From contig OZ242011.1 in the NCBI GenBank assembly GCA_965204755.1, positions 512,001 to 576,000 of the forward strand: a stretch of 64,000 nucleotides of DNA, given 5' to 3'. The notes below the pieces were generated by a model. That model saw only the letters and a list, made by a program, of their open reading frames with translations. It had not been told where the DNA came from and did no database searches. Each line of letters begins with the position of its first letter. Positions within the stretch are counted from its first letter, which is position 1. This document shows positions 49,407-58,161 of the stretch, in pieces. This DNA is from Candidatus Marinacidobacterium sp. Lineage in GTDB: Bacteria > Acidobacteriota > Vicinamibacteria > Marinacidobacterales > Marinacidobacteraceae. Position numbers and translations under genes: made by a program.

Positions 49407-50984
49407 ATGCGTCGCTTCAACACGGAAGGGCCGGTTCGCGCGGACCGGCACTACTGCGTCCCGCCGCTCGAGCGGGTGGACCTCGACGACATCCTGTCGC
49501 TGGTTCGCGACGAGCGGTACTTCGTCCTCCACGCGCCCCGCCAGACCGGGAAGACCACGACGCTGCGGGCGCTGCGCGACCGGCTGAACGAGGGGGCGGC
49601 CGGGCCGTTGCGGTGCGTGTACGCGAACCTCGAGGGGGCGGAGGCGCACCGCGAAGACCTCGAGCCGGCCATGCGCACGGTTCTGGCCGCCGTGGCTCGC
49701 GGGGAGCAGTCCGGGGGCGGCGGCGAGTTTCGCCGCATCTGGCCGAAAGCCCTGGCCGAAGTCGGGCCCGGCAGCGCCTTCAACGAGGCGTTGACGCAGT
49801 GGTCGCTGGCCTCCCCGAAGCCGATCGTGCTGCTCCTGGACGAAGTGGACACGCTCGTCGGCGACAGCCTGATTTCGGTGCTGCGTCAACTCCGTTCCGG
49901 CTACACCGATCGTCGAGGGGACTTTCCGCAGAGCGTGGTGCTGTGCGGCGTGCGGGATGTGCGCGAGTACCGGATGCAGTTCGACCCCGGCAAGAAGAAG
50001 ACCGGCGGGGGAAGCGCGTTCAACATCGAGGCGAAGTCGCTGCGTCTCGGGGACTTCGGCGAGGCGGAGATCCGCGCGCTGTACGCCCGGCACACGGAGG
50101 AAACCGGGCAGGAGTTCGAGCCGGGGGCGTTGGATACGGTCCGGGAGCAGACGCAAGGGCAACCGTGGCTGGTGAACGCGCTCGCCAACGAGGCGTGCTT
50201 CGAGAACGAGGCCGGCCGCGACCGGAGTCGGCCGATCACGGAGGCGAACATCCTCGCGGCCCGGGAAGCGCTGATCCTCCGGCGCGACACCCACCTCGAC
50301 CAACTCGCCGCGAAGTTGGGGGAGGAACGCGTGCGCCGGGTCATCGAGCCCATGCTCAGCGGGGGCCGCGGCCGCGCGACCCAGCCCGACATCCAGTATG
50401 TGCGCGACCTCGGACTCATCGCGCGCGACGCCCCGACCCGCATCGCCAACCCGATCTACCGGGAGGTCATACTCCGGGAACTCGGCTCGTTGGTCCAGGA
50501 GGAGTTGACGGTCGAGCCGGCTTGGTATGTCGCCGCCGACGGGTCTCTCGATGTTCCGAAGTTGCTGGCGGGTTTCCAGGAGTTCTTCCGGGAGAACTCC
50601 GAGCACTGGATGGGGCGTTTCGACTACCGCGAGGCGGGGCCGCAGGTGCTGCTGCGGGCGTACTGCCACCGCGTGGTGAACAGCGGCGGACGAATCGAGC
50701 CGGAGTACGCGACCGGACGGGGCCGGATGGACCTGCTGCTGGAGTGGCCGCGGGGCGAGGGGCGCCGGGACCGTTTCGTGGTGGAGTGCAAGGTGCTGCA
50801 CGGGAATCGGGAGGCGACCGAGCGGGAGGGCCTGGAGCAAACGGCCGCCTACATGGACCGCAGCGGCGCGAAGGCCGGCCACCTGGTGATCTTCGACCGG
50901 AGCGGGAAGCGTTCGTGGTGGGAGAAGATCTACCGGCGGGAAGCGGAGCGGGACGGCTTCCCGATCACCATCTGGGGGATGTAG
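49407..50984 (+). CDS. C1: STAND-like ATPase + PD-(D/E)xK nuclease
   Basis: ATG MRRFNTEGP; HAPRQTGKTT; LLLDEVD; GQPW; GRGRMDLL...VVECK; IWGM; 525 aa. Confidence 0.9.
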   Translation: MRRFNTEGPVRADRHYCVPPLERVDLDDILSLVRDERYFVLHAPRQTGKTTTLRALRDRLNEGAAGPLRCVYANLEGAEAHREDLEPAMRTVLAAVARGEQSGGGGEFRRIWPKALAEVGPGSAFNEALTQWSLASPKPIVLLLDEVDTLVGDSLISVLRQLRSGYTDRRGDFPQSVVLCGVRDVREYRMQFDPGKKKTGGGSAFNIEAKSLRLGDFGEAEIRALYARHTEETGQEFEPGALDTVREQTQGQPWLVNALANEACFENEAGRDRSRPITEANILAAREALILRRDTHLDQLAAKLGEERVRRVIEPMLSGGRGRATQPDIQYVRDLGLIARDAPTRIANPIYREVILRELGSLVQEELTVEPAWYVAADGSLDVPKLLAGFQEFFRENSEHWMGRFDYREAGPQVLLRAYCHRVVNSGGRIEPEYATGRGRMDLLLEWPRGEGRRDRFVVECKVLHGNREATEREGLEQTAAYMDRSGAKAGHLVIFDRSGKRSWWEKIYRREAERDGFPITIWGM

Positions 50985-51019
50985 GCCGAGTCCCGGCCGA
51001 GGCGCGACAATCGCGGGCG

Positions 51020-52600
51020 ATGCGAGTCTTCAACACGGACGGGCCGATTCGCCCGGATGAGCACTACTGCGTCCCGCCGCTCGAACGGCTGGACCTGAAG
51101 GGCGTTTACGAACTCATCCGGCTGAAGAAGTACTTCGTCCTCCACGCGCCCCGCCAGACCGGGAAGACCACGACGCTCCGGGCGCTGCGCGACCTGCTGA
51201 ACGAGGGGGCGGCGGGAGATCTTCGGTGCGTCTATGCGAATGTGGAAGGCGGCGAGGCCGAGCGCAACGACATCGGGAGCGCCGTTCGGGGGATCCTGAA
51301 CCTGTTGGCGGACCGGGCGAGAGCCGCCGGCGACGACTCGCTCGCGGGGATTTGGAAGGGGGCGCTGGAGGACGGCGGACCGCTCGACGGGTTGCGATCC
51401 GCGCTGTTCCGCTGGGCGCAGGTATCCCCGAAACCGATCGTGTTGCTCCTGGACGAAATGGATGCACTCGTGGACGACACGCTGCTGTCGGTGCTGCACC
51501 AACTTCGCGCCGGTTACGCCGATCGCCCCGAGGGTTTTCCGCAGAGCGTGGTCCTGTGCGGGTTGCGGGATGTGCGCGCGTACCGGATGCCCCCCGCGGT
51601 CGCCGCGCGGGCGCCCGCGGGGCAGGTCCCGTTCAACATCGTGTCGGAGTCGTTCCGACTCCGCGACTTCGACGAAGCGGAAACGCGCGCGCTGCTCACC
51701 CGACACACGGAGGAAACCGGGCAGGAGTTCGAATCGGAGGCCCTGGAAGCGGTATGGCAACAGACGCAGGGACAGCCCGGGTTGGTGAACGCGATCGCCG
51801 ACGAGGCATGTTTCCGCAGCGAGGCCGGCCGCGACCGGAGTCGGCCCGTCACGGCGGAGGACATCCGCGGCGCCGTGGAAACGCTGATCGTCGGTCGCAA
51901 CGCCCACTTCGACCGACTCGCCGCGGAGTTGCGGGACGAGCGCGTGCGCCGGGTCATCGAACCGGTGCTCACCGGGGCCACCTTGGGAGACGCCTCCGTC
52001 GAGGACATCCGGTATGTGCGGGACTTGGGCCTGACCTTCCCGGACGGGCCGACGCGGATCGCGAATCCCATCTACCGGGAGTTCGTTCCTCGCGAGTTGA
52101 TGCGTACCGTACCGGCGAGCCTTCCGCCGGAGATCCGGTGGTTCGTAACCGAGGACGGGGCGCTCGATGTCGAGGAGTCGCTTTCCCGATTCCAGAAGTA
52201 TTTCCGTGAGCACACCGAACACTCGGAGGAACGGTTCGACTACCCGGAGGCGGAGCCGCACCTGTTGCTGCAGGCGTTCTGCCAGCGGATCGTGGACGAC
52301 GGAGGCCGGGTGGAGCGCGAGTACGGGTTCTGGCGGCAACGGGCGGACCTGCTGCTGGAATGGCCGCGGGGCGAGGGGCGCCGGGACCGTTTCGTGGTGG
52401 AGTGCCGGGTCCTGGGGAAGAGTCGGGAGGCGACCGAGCGGGAGGGCTTGGAGCAGACGATGGCTTACATGGACCAAAGCGGCGCGGCGACGGGCCACCT
52501 GGTGATCTTCGACCGGAGCGGGGAGCGTTCGCGGCGGGAAAAGATCTACCGGCGGGAAGCGGAGCGGGACGGCTTCCCGATCACCATCTGGGGGATGTGA
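51020..52600 (+). CDS. C2: ATPase + PD-(D/E)xK paralog with ExK-to-ExR substitution
   Basis: ATG MRVFNTDGP; Walker motifs intact; GQPG; nuclease motif RQRADLL...VVECR; 526 aa. Confidence 0.88.
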   Translation: MRVFNTDGPIRPDEHYCVPPLERLDLKGVYELIRLKKYFVLHAPRQTGKTTTLRALRDLLNEGAAGDLRCVYANVEGGEAERNDIGSAVRGILNLLADRARAAGDDSLAGIWKGALEDGGPLDGLRSALFRWAQVSPKPIVLLLDEMDALVDDTLLSVLHQLRAGYADRPEGFPQSVVLCGLRDVRAYRMPPAVAARAPAGQVPFNIVSESFRLRDFDEAETRALLTRHTEETGQEFESEALEAVWQQTQGQPGLVNAIADEACFRSEAGRDRSRPVTAEDIRGAVETLIVGRNAHFDRLAAELRDERVRRVIEPVLTGATLGDASVEDIRYVRDLGLTFPDGPTRIANPIYREFVPRELMRTVPASLPPEIRWFVTEDGALDVEESLSRFQKYFREHTEHSEERFDYPEAEPHLLLQAFCQRIVDDGGRVEREYGFWRQRADLLLEWPRGEGRRDRFVVECRVLGKSREATEREGLEQTMAYMDQSGAATGHLVIFDRSGERSRREKIYRREAERDGFPITIWGM

Positions 52601-52639
52601 ACCGAGGCGGGCCGCCGGGCGCGGAGCGGGTCGAGGCGC

Positions 52640-52645
52640 GATAAT
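52640..52645 (+). promoter_or_regulatory. -10-like GATAAT 8 nt before the C3 ATG (GACAAT 51006 before C2; GATAAT 49389 before C1)
   Basis: Conserved ggcgcGA(T/C)AAT precedes all three array C genes. Confidence 0.6.
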
Positions 52646-52653
52646 CGCGGGCG

Positions 52654-54231
52654 ATGCGGTTCTTCAGGACATCCGGGCCGGTTCACCCGGACAAGCACTA
52701 CGCGATTCCGCCGCTGGAGCGGTTGGACCTCGACGACATCCTTTCGCTCGTTCGCGAAGAGGAGTACTTCGTTCTCCACGCGCCTCGGCAGACCGGGAAG
52801 ACCACGACGCTGCTGGCGCTGTGCGACCTGCTGAACGAGGGGGCGGCAGGCGACCTCCGCTGCGTCTATACCAATGTGGAAGGCAGCCAACCCCGGCGCG
52901 AAGACGCCGGGAGCGCCATCCGGGGGATCCTGAACCAGTTGGCGGACCGCGCCAGAGGCGCCGGCGACGACGCGCTCGCCGGGATTTGGAAGGCGGCCCT
53001 GGAGGACGGCGGCCCGGGCGACGGGTTGCGATCCGCGCTGTCCCGCTGGGCGCAGATCTCCCCGAAACCGATCGTGTTGCTCCTGGACGAAGTGGACGCC
53101 CTCGTCGGCGACACGCTGCTCTCCGTCCTCCGGCAGTTGCGCGCCGGGTACGACCAGAAGCCGAGCAAGTTTCCGCAGAGCGTGGTCCTGTGCGGGTTGC
53201 GGGATGTTCGCGACTACCGGCTGCAGTTCGATCCCGACAAGCCCAGGACCGACAGCGGCAGCCCGTTCAACATCAAGGCGGAGTCGCTGCGTCTCGGGGA
53301 CTTCGACGAGGCGCAGATCCGCGCCCTGTACGCCCAGCACACGGAGGACACCGGGCAGGAGTTCGAGCCGGAGGCGCTGGAAGCGGCGTGGGAACAGACG
53401 CAGGGGCAGCCGTGGTTGGTGAACGCCCTCGCCCGCCAGGCATGTTTCCGCAACGAGGCCGGACGCGACCGGAGTCGGCCGATCACGGCCGAGAACATCC
53501 TGGAGGCCCGCGAAGCGTTGATCCTCCGGCGCGACACCCACCTCGACCAACTCGCCGCGAAGTTGCAAGAAGACCGCGTCCGCCGGGTCATCGAGCCCAT
53601 GCTCAGCGGGGGCCGCGGCCGCGCGACCCAGCCGGACATCCAGTATGCGCGCGACCTCGGACTCATCGCGCGCGACCCCCCGACCCGCATCGCCAACCCG
53701 ATCTACCGGGAGGTCATACCCCGGGAACTCAGCCAGACGGCGCAGGAGGAGTTGACGGTCGAGCCGGCCTGGTATGTCGCCGACGACGGGTCGCTGGATG
53801 TTCCGAAGTTGCTGGCGGGCTTCCAAGAGTACTTCCGGGAGAACTCCGAACACTGGATGGGGCGTTTCGACTACGCCGAGGCCGGGCCGCAACTGCTGCT
53901 GCAGGCGTATTGCCACCGGGTGGTGAACAGCGGGGGCCGAATCGAGCGGGAGTACGCGACCGGCCGGGGCCGGATGGACCTGCTGCTGGAGTGGCCGCGG
54001 GGCGAGGGGCGCCGGGACCGCTTCGTGGTGGAGTGCAAGGTGCTGCACCGGGGGCGGGAGACGACCGAGCGGGAAGGCCTCGAGCAAACGGCCGCCTACA
54101 TGGACCGGAGCGGCGCGAAGGCCGGCCACCTGGTGGTCTTCGACCGCAGCGCAGAGCGTTCGTGGGGGGAAAAGATCTACCGGCGGGAAGCGGAGCGGGA
54201 CGGCCTCCCGATCACCATCTGGGGGATGTAG
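52654..54231 (+). CDS. C3: ATPase + PD-(D/E)xK nuclease paralog
   Basis: 525 aa; C-terminal half nearly identical to C1. Confidence 0.9.
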   Translation: MRFFRTSGPVHPDKHYAIPPLERLDLDDILSLVREEEYFVLHAPRQTGKTTTLLALCDLLNEGAAGDLRCVYTNVEGSQPRREDAGSAIRGILNQLADRARGAGDDALAGIWKAALEDGGPGDGLRSALSRWAQISPKPIVLLLDEVDALVGDTLLSVLRQLRAGYDQKPSKFPQSVVLCGLRDVRDYRLQFDPDKPRTDSGSPFNIKAESLRLGDFDEAQIRALYAQHTEDTGQEFEPEALEAAWEQTQGQPWLVNALARQACFRNEAGRDRSRPITAENILEAREALILRRDTHLDQLAAKLQEDRVRRVIEPMLSGGRGRATQPDIQYARDLGLIARDPPTRIANPIYREVIPRELSQTAQEELTVEPAWYVADDGSLDVPKLLAGFQEYFRENSEHWMGRFDYAEAGPQLLLQAYCHRVVNSGGRIEREYATGRGRMDLLLEWPRGEGRRDRFVVECKVLHRGRETTEREGLEQTAAYMDRSGAKAGHLVVFDRSAERSWGEKIYRREAERDGLPITIWGM

Positions 54232-54262
54232 CGACGGGGCGCGGCGCGGTCCCGGCAGGCGG

Positions 54263-55246
54263 ATGACGCGCCGGCAACGAAACCCCGCGGCCCGCCCCGT
54301 GCTGCTCGCCGTTCCCAACCTGAGCGAGGGGCGGGACGAGCGGCGGATCGGCGCGCTCGTCCGGGCGGTCGGCGGGACGCTGCTCGACCGGCACTCCGAC
54401 GCCTCCCACCACCGGACGGTGCTCACGCTCGCCGGCGACGAGGAGCGGTTGCGGGAGGCGGCGCTGCGCCTCTTCCGCGCGGCGCTCGAAGAACTCGACC
54501 TGCGGCGGCACCGGGGGGAGCATCCCCGGATCGGGGCGCTCGATGTGCTCCCGGTGGTTCCCCGGCCCGGCGCGGGGATGGAGGACGCCGCTGCCCTCGC
54601 CCGCCGCGTGGCGGAGGAGATCGCGGAGACGCCGGCGGTGGGGATCCCGGTGTTCCTCTACGGCGCCGCCGGGGGCCGGGCGCTGCCGGAGATCCGGCGG
54701 GGGGGGCTCGCCGGGCTGGCGGCGCGGTTGGCGGAAGGCCGGATCGAGCCCGACTTCGGGCCGACGCGGCTCCACCCCGCCGCCGGGGCGGTCGCCGTGG
54801 GGGCGCGCCTCCCGCTGATCGCCTTCAATGTGAACCTGGACACCGACCGGGTGACCCTGGCGCGCCGCATCGCCGCCCGCATCCGGGAGGGCGCGCCGGG
54901 CGGGCTGCCGGCGGTGAGGGCCCTCGGCGTCCGGCGGCGCGCGGGCGAAGAAGACGGGGAGCGGGCGCAGGTCTCGATGAACCTGCTCGACTTCCGCCGC
55001 ACCTCGCTGCGGGACGCGTTCGACCGGGTTCGCCGGGAAGCGGAGGAGGCCGGAGCGGCGGTCGCGGACTCGGAGATCGTGGGGCTGCCCCCGGAGGCGG
55101 CGCTGTGGCCGAGCGCCGAAGCGGACCTCCGCCTCGCCGAGCCGCCCCGCAGCCTCGAAACCGCCCTCGACGAGGCCGGGTTCGGCGAGGCCGGAACGCC
55201 GCCGGACCCCGTTGTACCCTGCCCTCCGGCGAGCGAATCCCGGTGA
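54263..55246 (+). CDS. ftcD: Glutamate formiminotransferase
   Basis: VPNLSEGRD, DASHHRTVLT, HRGEHPRIGALDVLP, GARLPLIAFNVNL, AQVSMNL, SEIVGL. Confidence 0.92.
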   Translation: MTRRQRNPAARPVLLAVPNLSEGRDERRIGALVRAVGGTLLDRHSDASHHRTVLTLAGDEERLREAALRLFRAALEELDLRRHRGEHPRIGALDVLPVVPRPGAGMEDAAALARRVAEEIAETPAVGIPVFLYGAAGGRALPEIRRGGLAGLAARLAEGRIEPDFGPTRLHPAAGAVAVGARLPLIAFNVNLDTDRVTLARRIAARIREGAPGGLPAVRALGVRRRAGEEDGERAQVSMNLLDFRRTSLRDAFDRVRREAEEAGAAVADSEIVGLPPEAALWPSAEADLRLAEPPRSLETALDEAGFGEAGTPPDPVVPCPPASESR

Positions 55247-55722
55247 AGTGCCCCTACTGCGGCCATCCCAAGGACCGGGTGGTGGACTCGCGGGAGAGCC
55301 GCGAGGGGGAGGTGATCCGGCGGCGGCGGGAGTGCGACGGCTGCGGGAAGCGGTTCACCAGCCACGAGACGGTGGAAGAGATCCCGCTCATGGCGATCAA
55401 GAAGCACGGGGGGCGGGCGCCCTTCGACCGGGAGAAGGTGCTGGCCGGGCTGCGGCGGGCCTGCGGGGCGCGGGTGGCCGAGGAGACGCTGGAGGAGATC
55501 GCCGACCGGGTGGCCGCGGCGGTGGCGGAGAGCCCGGACCGGGAGATGCCCACCAGCGAGATCGGGGCGCTGGTGATGGAGGCGCTCAAGGGGCTCGACC
55601 ATGTGGCGTTCGTGCGGTTCGCCTCGGTGTACCGGGACTTCCAGGACACCCAGGACTTCGTGAAGGAGATCCGGTCGCTGATCCGCAAACGCCGCGGCAA
55701 GCCCCGCCGTCCCCGCGCCTGA
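55243..55722 (+). CDS. nrdR: Transcriptional repressor NrdR
   Basis: GTG start overlapping the ftcD stop; KCPYCG...VVDSR...IRRRRECDGCGKRFTSHE; ATP cone; VAFVRFASVYRDF. Confidence 0.95.
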   Translation: MKCPYCGHPKDRVVDSRESREGEVIRRRRECDGCGKRFTSHETVEEIPLMAIKKHGGRAPFDREKVLAGLRRACGARVAEETLEEIADRVAAAVAESPDREMPTSEIGALVMEALKGLDHVAFVRFASVYRDFQDTQDFVKEIRSLIRKRRGKPRRPRA

Positions 55723-55766
55723 CCGGCCCCGGGGCGGCGGCCCCGGGCGCCGAGATCGGACGCCGA

Positions 55767-55791
55767 GAACCGGGGCGCGCCCGATTTCGTT
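55767..55791 (+). promoter_or_regulatory. Candidate ECF-sigma promoter GAAC-N17-CGTT (possible autoregulation)
   Basis: gaGAACcggggcgcgcccgatttCGTTat lies immediately upstream of the ECF sigma gene and fits the common ECF AAC...CGT consensus. Confidence 0.6.
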
Positions 55792-55846
55792 ATCGAACGC
55801 TGACCGGGAGAAGACTGAAGCGCCCTCTACGGACCTCCCGGCCCCC

Positions 55847-56422
55847 GATGCCGACGCCGACCTCGTCCGCCGCTGCCTCGCCGGGAGCGAACCGGCCTGG
55901 CGCGAGTTCGTGGACCGGTTCCAACGCCCGATCTGGCGCATCGCCTACCGGTTCAGCACCACGGTGGACGACGCCGACGAACTGACCCAGGACATCTTCC
56001 TGCGGCTGCTGACCGTGCTCGCCGGCTACGACCCGACCGGTTCGCTCGGCGCCTGGGTGCGCCGGGTCGCCGGGAACGCGGCGATCGACGAGTGGCGGCG
56101 GAAGCGGCGGTCGCCGGCGCTGGCCTTCGGGGAAGACCTGCCGGAGCCGGTGAGCGAACCGGCGGCCGGGCCCGACGCGGTGGCCGAGCGGCGGGAGGAG
56201 GCCGCCCGGGTCCGGCGGCTGCTCGACGGCCTGCCGGCGGAACTGGCGGAGCCGGTGCTCCTGCGCGACCTCATGGACTGCGACTACCCGGAGATCGCGG
56301 AGCGGCTGGACATCCCGCTGGGCACCGTCAAGTCGCGGATCCACCGGGGGCGGCACGCGCTGGTGGAGGCGCGCCGGAGCCAGGCCGCCGCCTTCGCCGC
56401 GCGGAGGGCGTCGTCGCCGTGA
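55847..56422 (+). CDS. ECF RNA polymerase sigma factor (start uncertain; first canonical start is GTG 55910)
   Basis: DADLVRRCLAG..., DADELTQDIFL, WVRRVAGNAAIDEWRR, YPEIAERLDIPLGTVKSRIHRGR. Confidence 0.9.
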   Translation, partial: DADADLVRRCLAGSEPAWREFVDRFQRPIWRIAYRFSTTVDDADELTQDIFLRLLTVLAGYDPTGSLGAWVRRVAGNAAIDEWRRKRRSPALAFGEDLPEPVSEPAAGPDAVAERREEAARVRRLLDGLPAELAEPVLLRDLMDCDYPEIAERLDIPLGTVKSRIHRGRHALVEARRSQAAAFAARRASSP

Positions 56423-57411
56423 CCGGGCGGACGCTCTCCGACCGGGAGATGCGGGACCTCTCCGCGCTGGCCGCCGGGGAACTCCCGGAGGAGGAAGCGC
56501 GGGCGGTCGAGGAGCGCGTCCGGAGGGATCCGGAACTGGCGCGGCGGGTCGCCGCCCTCCGCCGGGCGCGGCGGGCGCTCGCCGACTTCGCGGCGGGGGC
56601 GGACGATCGGGCGGACCACGAAGCGGTTCCCGGCAGCGGGGCGGACGCGGTTCCCGGCGGCGGGGATCGGCCGGAGTTGCGGGAGCGGCTGCTGGCCGCC
56701 ACCCTGCCGGCCTTCCGCCGCCGCTACGCGCCGGCGCCTCCGGAGGTCGGCGGCGCGGACGGGCGGAGGCCCGCCGGGGCGGAAGCCGCCCTCTTCGACC
56801 CGCTGGAGCGCTCGCTCTCCGCGCTGGCCGCCGGGGAACTGCCGGAGGGCGAGGCGCGGCAGGTCCGGGAGCGGATGCGCCGGGAGCCGGAGGTGGCGAG
56901 CCGCTACGGGGACTACTGCCGGGCGCGGCTCGCGCTCGCCGACTTCGCCGCCGCCGCCGAGTCGGTTCCCGGCGGCGGGGGCGCCCGGCCGGAACTGCGC
57001 GACCGGATCCTCGCGGCCACCCTGCCCCCCTTCCGGCGCCGCTTCGCGCGGCGGACCGCCTACTGGCCGGCGTGGCTGGCCGCCGCGGCGGCGCTGCTCC
57101 TGGTCGCCGTCGTCCGCCCGCCGCCGGTCGCGTCGGCGCTGGACCGGCTGTTCGGCGACTCCGGCCGGGTGAGCCGGCTGGCGGAGGCCGCCGCCGACCG
57201 CCGGGGCCGAGCCGCCGCCGAACTGGGCGAGATGCGGGCCGAGTTCGGGGCCGCGCTCGACGACGGGATGGACCGGCTGGGCGACCGGCTGCGGGACTTC
57301 GAGCAGGCCACCCGCGGACGCCGCCGTCCGCCGCCCGCCCCGGAAGCCCCGGGGCCCGCGGGCGAAGGCCGCCCCGCGCCCCCGAACCGGAGAGGAGACA
57401 CCGCTCCATGA
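56419..57411 (+). CDS. Membrane-bound anti-sigma factor with a duplicated N-terminal domain
   Basis: GTG overlaps the sigma stop. Two copies of LSALAAGELPE.EAR.V.ER.RR.PE.A...ALADFAA...RPELR.R.LAATLP.FRRR, then TM WLAAAAALLLVAVV. Confidence 0.8.
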   Translation: MTGRTLSDREMRDLSALAAGELPEEEARAVEERVRRDPELARRVAALRRARRALADFAAGADDRADHEAVPGSGADAVPGGGDRPELRERLLAATLPAFRRRYAPAPPEVGGADGRRPAGAEAALFDPLERSLSALAAGELPEGEARQVRERMRREPEVASRYGDYCRARLALADFAAAAESVPGGGGARPELRDRILAATLPPFRRRFARRTAYWPAWLAAAAALLLVAVVRPPPVASALDRLFGDSGRVSRLAEAAADRRGRAAAELGEMRAEFGAALDDGMDRLGDRLRDFEQATRGRRRPPPAPEAPGPAGEGRPAPPNRRGDTAP

Positions 57412-57956
57412 ACCGTTCCCCCGCCGTCGCCGGCGTCCTCTCCGTGGTCTTCCCCGGCCTCGGCCACTTCTACGCCGGAGCGAACCACCGCGCCGTCGCG
57501 CTGGGCGCGGTCTGCGTGGCCTTCCTCCAGGCGGTGAACCACACCGGCGGCACGCTGCTCATGCTGGCGCTGCCGGCGGTCTGGCTGTTCGGCATCGTGG
57601 ACGCGATCCGGGTCACCGAGGAGACGGCGCGCGCGGCGGCGGCCGGACGGCCGGCCGAGGTCGGGATCGACCGTGACTGGGCGGTGGCGCTGGTCGCCGC
57701 CGGGGTGGTCTGCACCTTCGCGGTAGTCCCCGGGCTGGAGTTCGCCACCCGGCTCTGGCCGCTGGCGCTGGTGGCCATCGGGATCCAGATCCTGCGGGGA
57801 CAGCCGATCCTCCCGCGGGGCCGCGCCGAGGCCGCCGCGCCGGGGGAGGCCCCGCCGGCGCCGCCGCCGCCTCCGGCGGAGGGAGCGGACGCTCCGGTCG
57901 GGGCGCCGTCCGACCTGGCGCCGTCCGAACCTGCCGCGGAAGGCGAAGGGAAGTAA
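57408..57956 (+). CDS. Multi-pass membrane protein (PGLGHFY motif with a LiaF/DUF5668-like C-terminal part)
   Basis: SD AGGAG upstream; VLSVVFPGLGHFYAG; LWPLALVAIG. Confidence 0.75.
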   Translation: MNRSPAVAGVLSVVFPGLGHFYAGANHRAVALGAVCVAFLQAVNHTGGTLLMLALPAVWLFGIVDAIRVTEETARAAAAGRPAEVGIDRDWAVALVAAGVVCTFAVVPGLEFATRLWPLALVAIGIQILRGQPILPRGRAEAAAPGEAPPAPPPPPAEGADAPVGAPSDLAPSEPAAEGEGK

Positions 57957-57963
57957 TCGGAGG

Positions 57964-58161
57964 ATGGCCGAGAAGAACCCCTGGAGCGGCTGGGTCTTGA
58001 TCCTGGTCGGCGTCGTCCTGCTGCTGCACAGTCTGGAAGTCGTGAGCCTGTGGGCCTTGTCCCGCTACTGGCCGCTGGTCCTCATCGCCGTCGGCGTCCG
58101 GCTGGTCGTCCAGGCGCGCGGCGGCCGGACCGGCGGCCCCCCTCCCCCGCCGGGCGCGTGA
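57964..58161 (+). CDS. Small LiaF-TM/DUF5668-like membrane protein
   Basis: GWVLILVGVVLLL...YWPLVLIAVG; GGAGG directly before the ATG. Confidence 0.75.
   Translation: MAEKNPWSGWVLILVGVVLLLHSLEVVSLWALSRYWPLVLIAVGVRLVVQARGGRTGGPPPPPGA

Noticed and set aside
29497-52600. Long N-terminal extensions in the ORF track (884, 1083, 656, 719, 430, 402, 726 and 995 aa versions)
   Set aside because: They overlap neighbouring genes out of frame. Paralog alignment and -10 spacing define shorter starts.
27765-54231. Integron cassette array or shufflon
   Set aside because: No integrase or invertase, no attC-like palindromes and no inverted recombination sites were seen. The units are paralogs with their own promoters.
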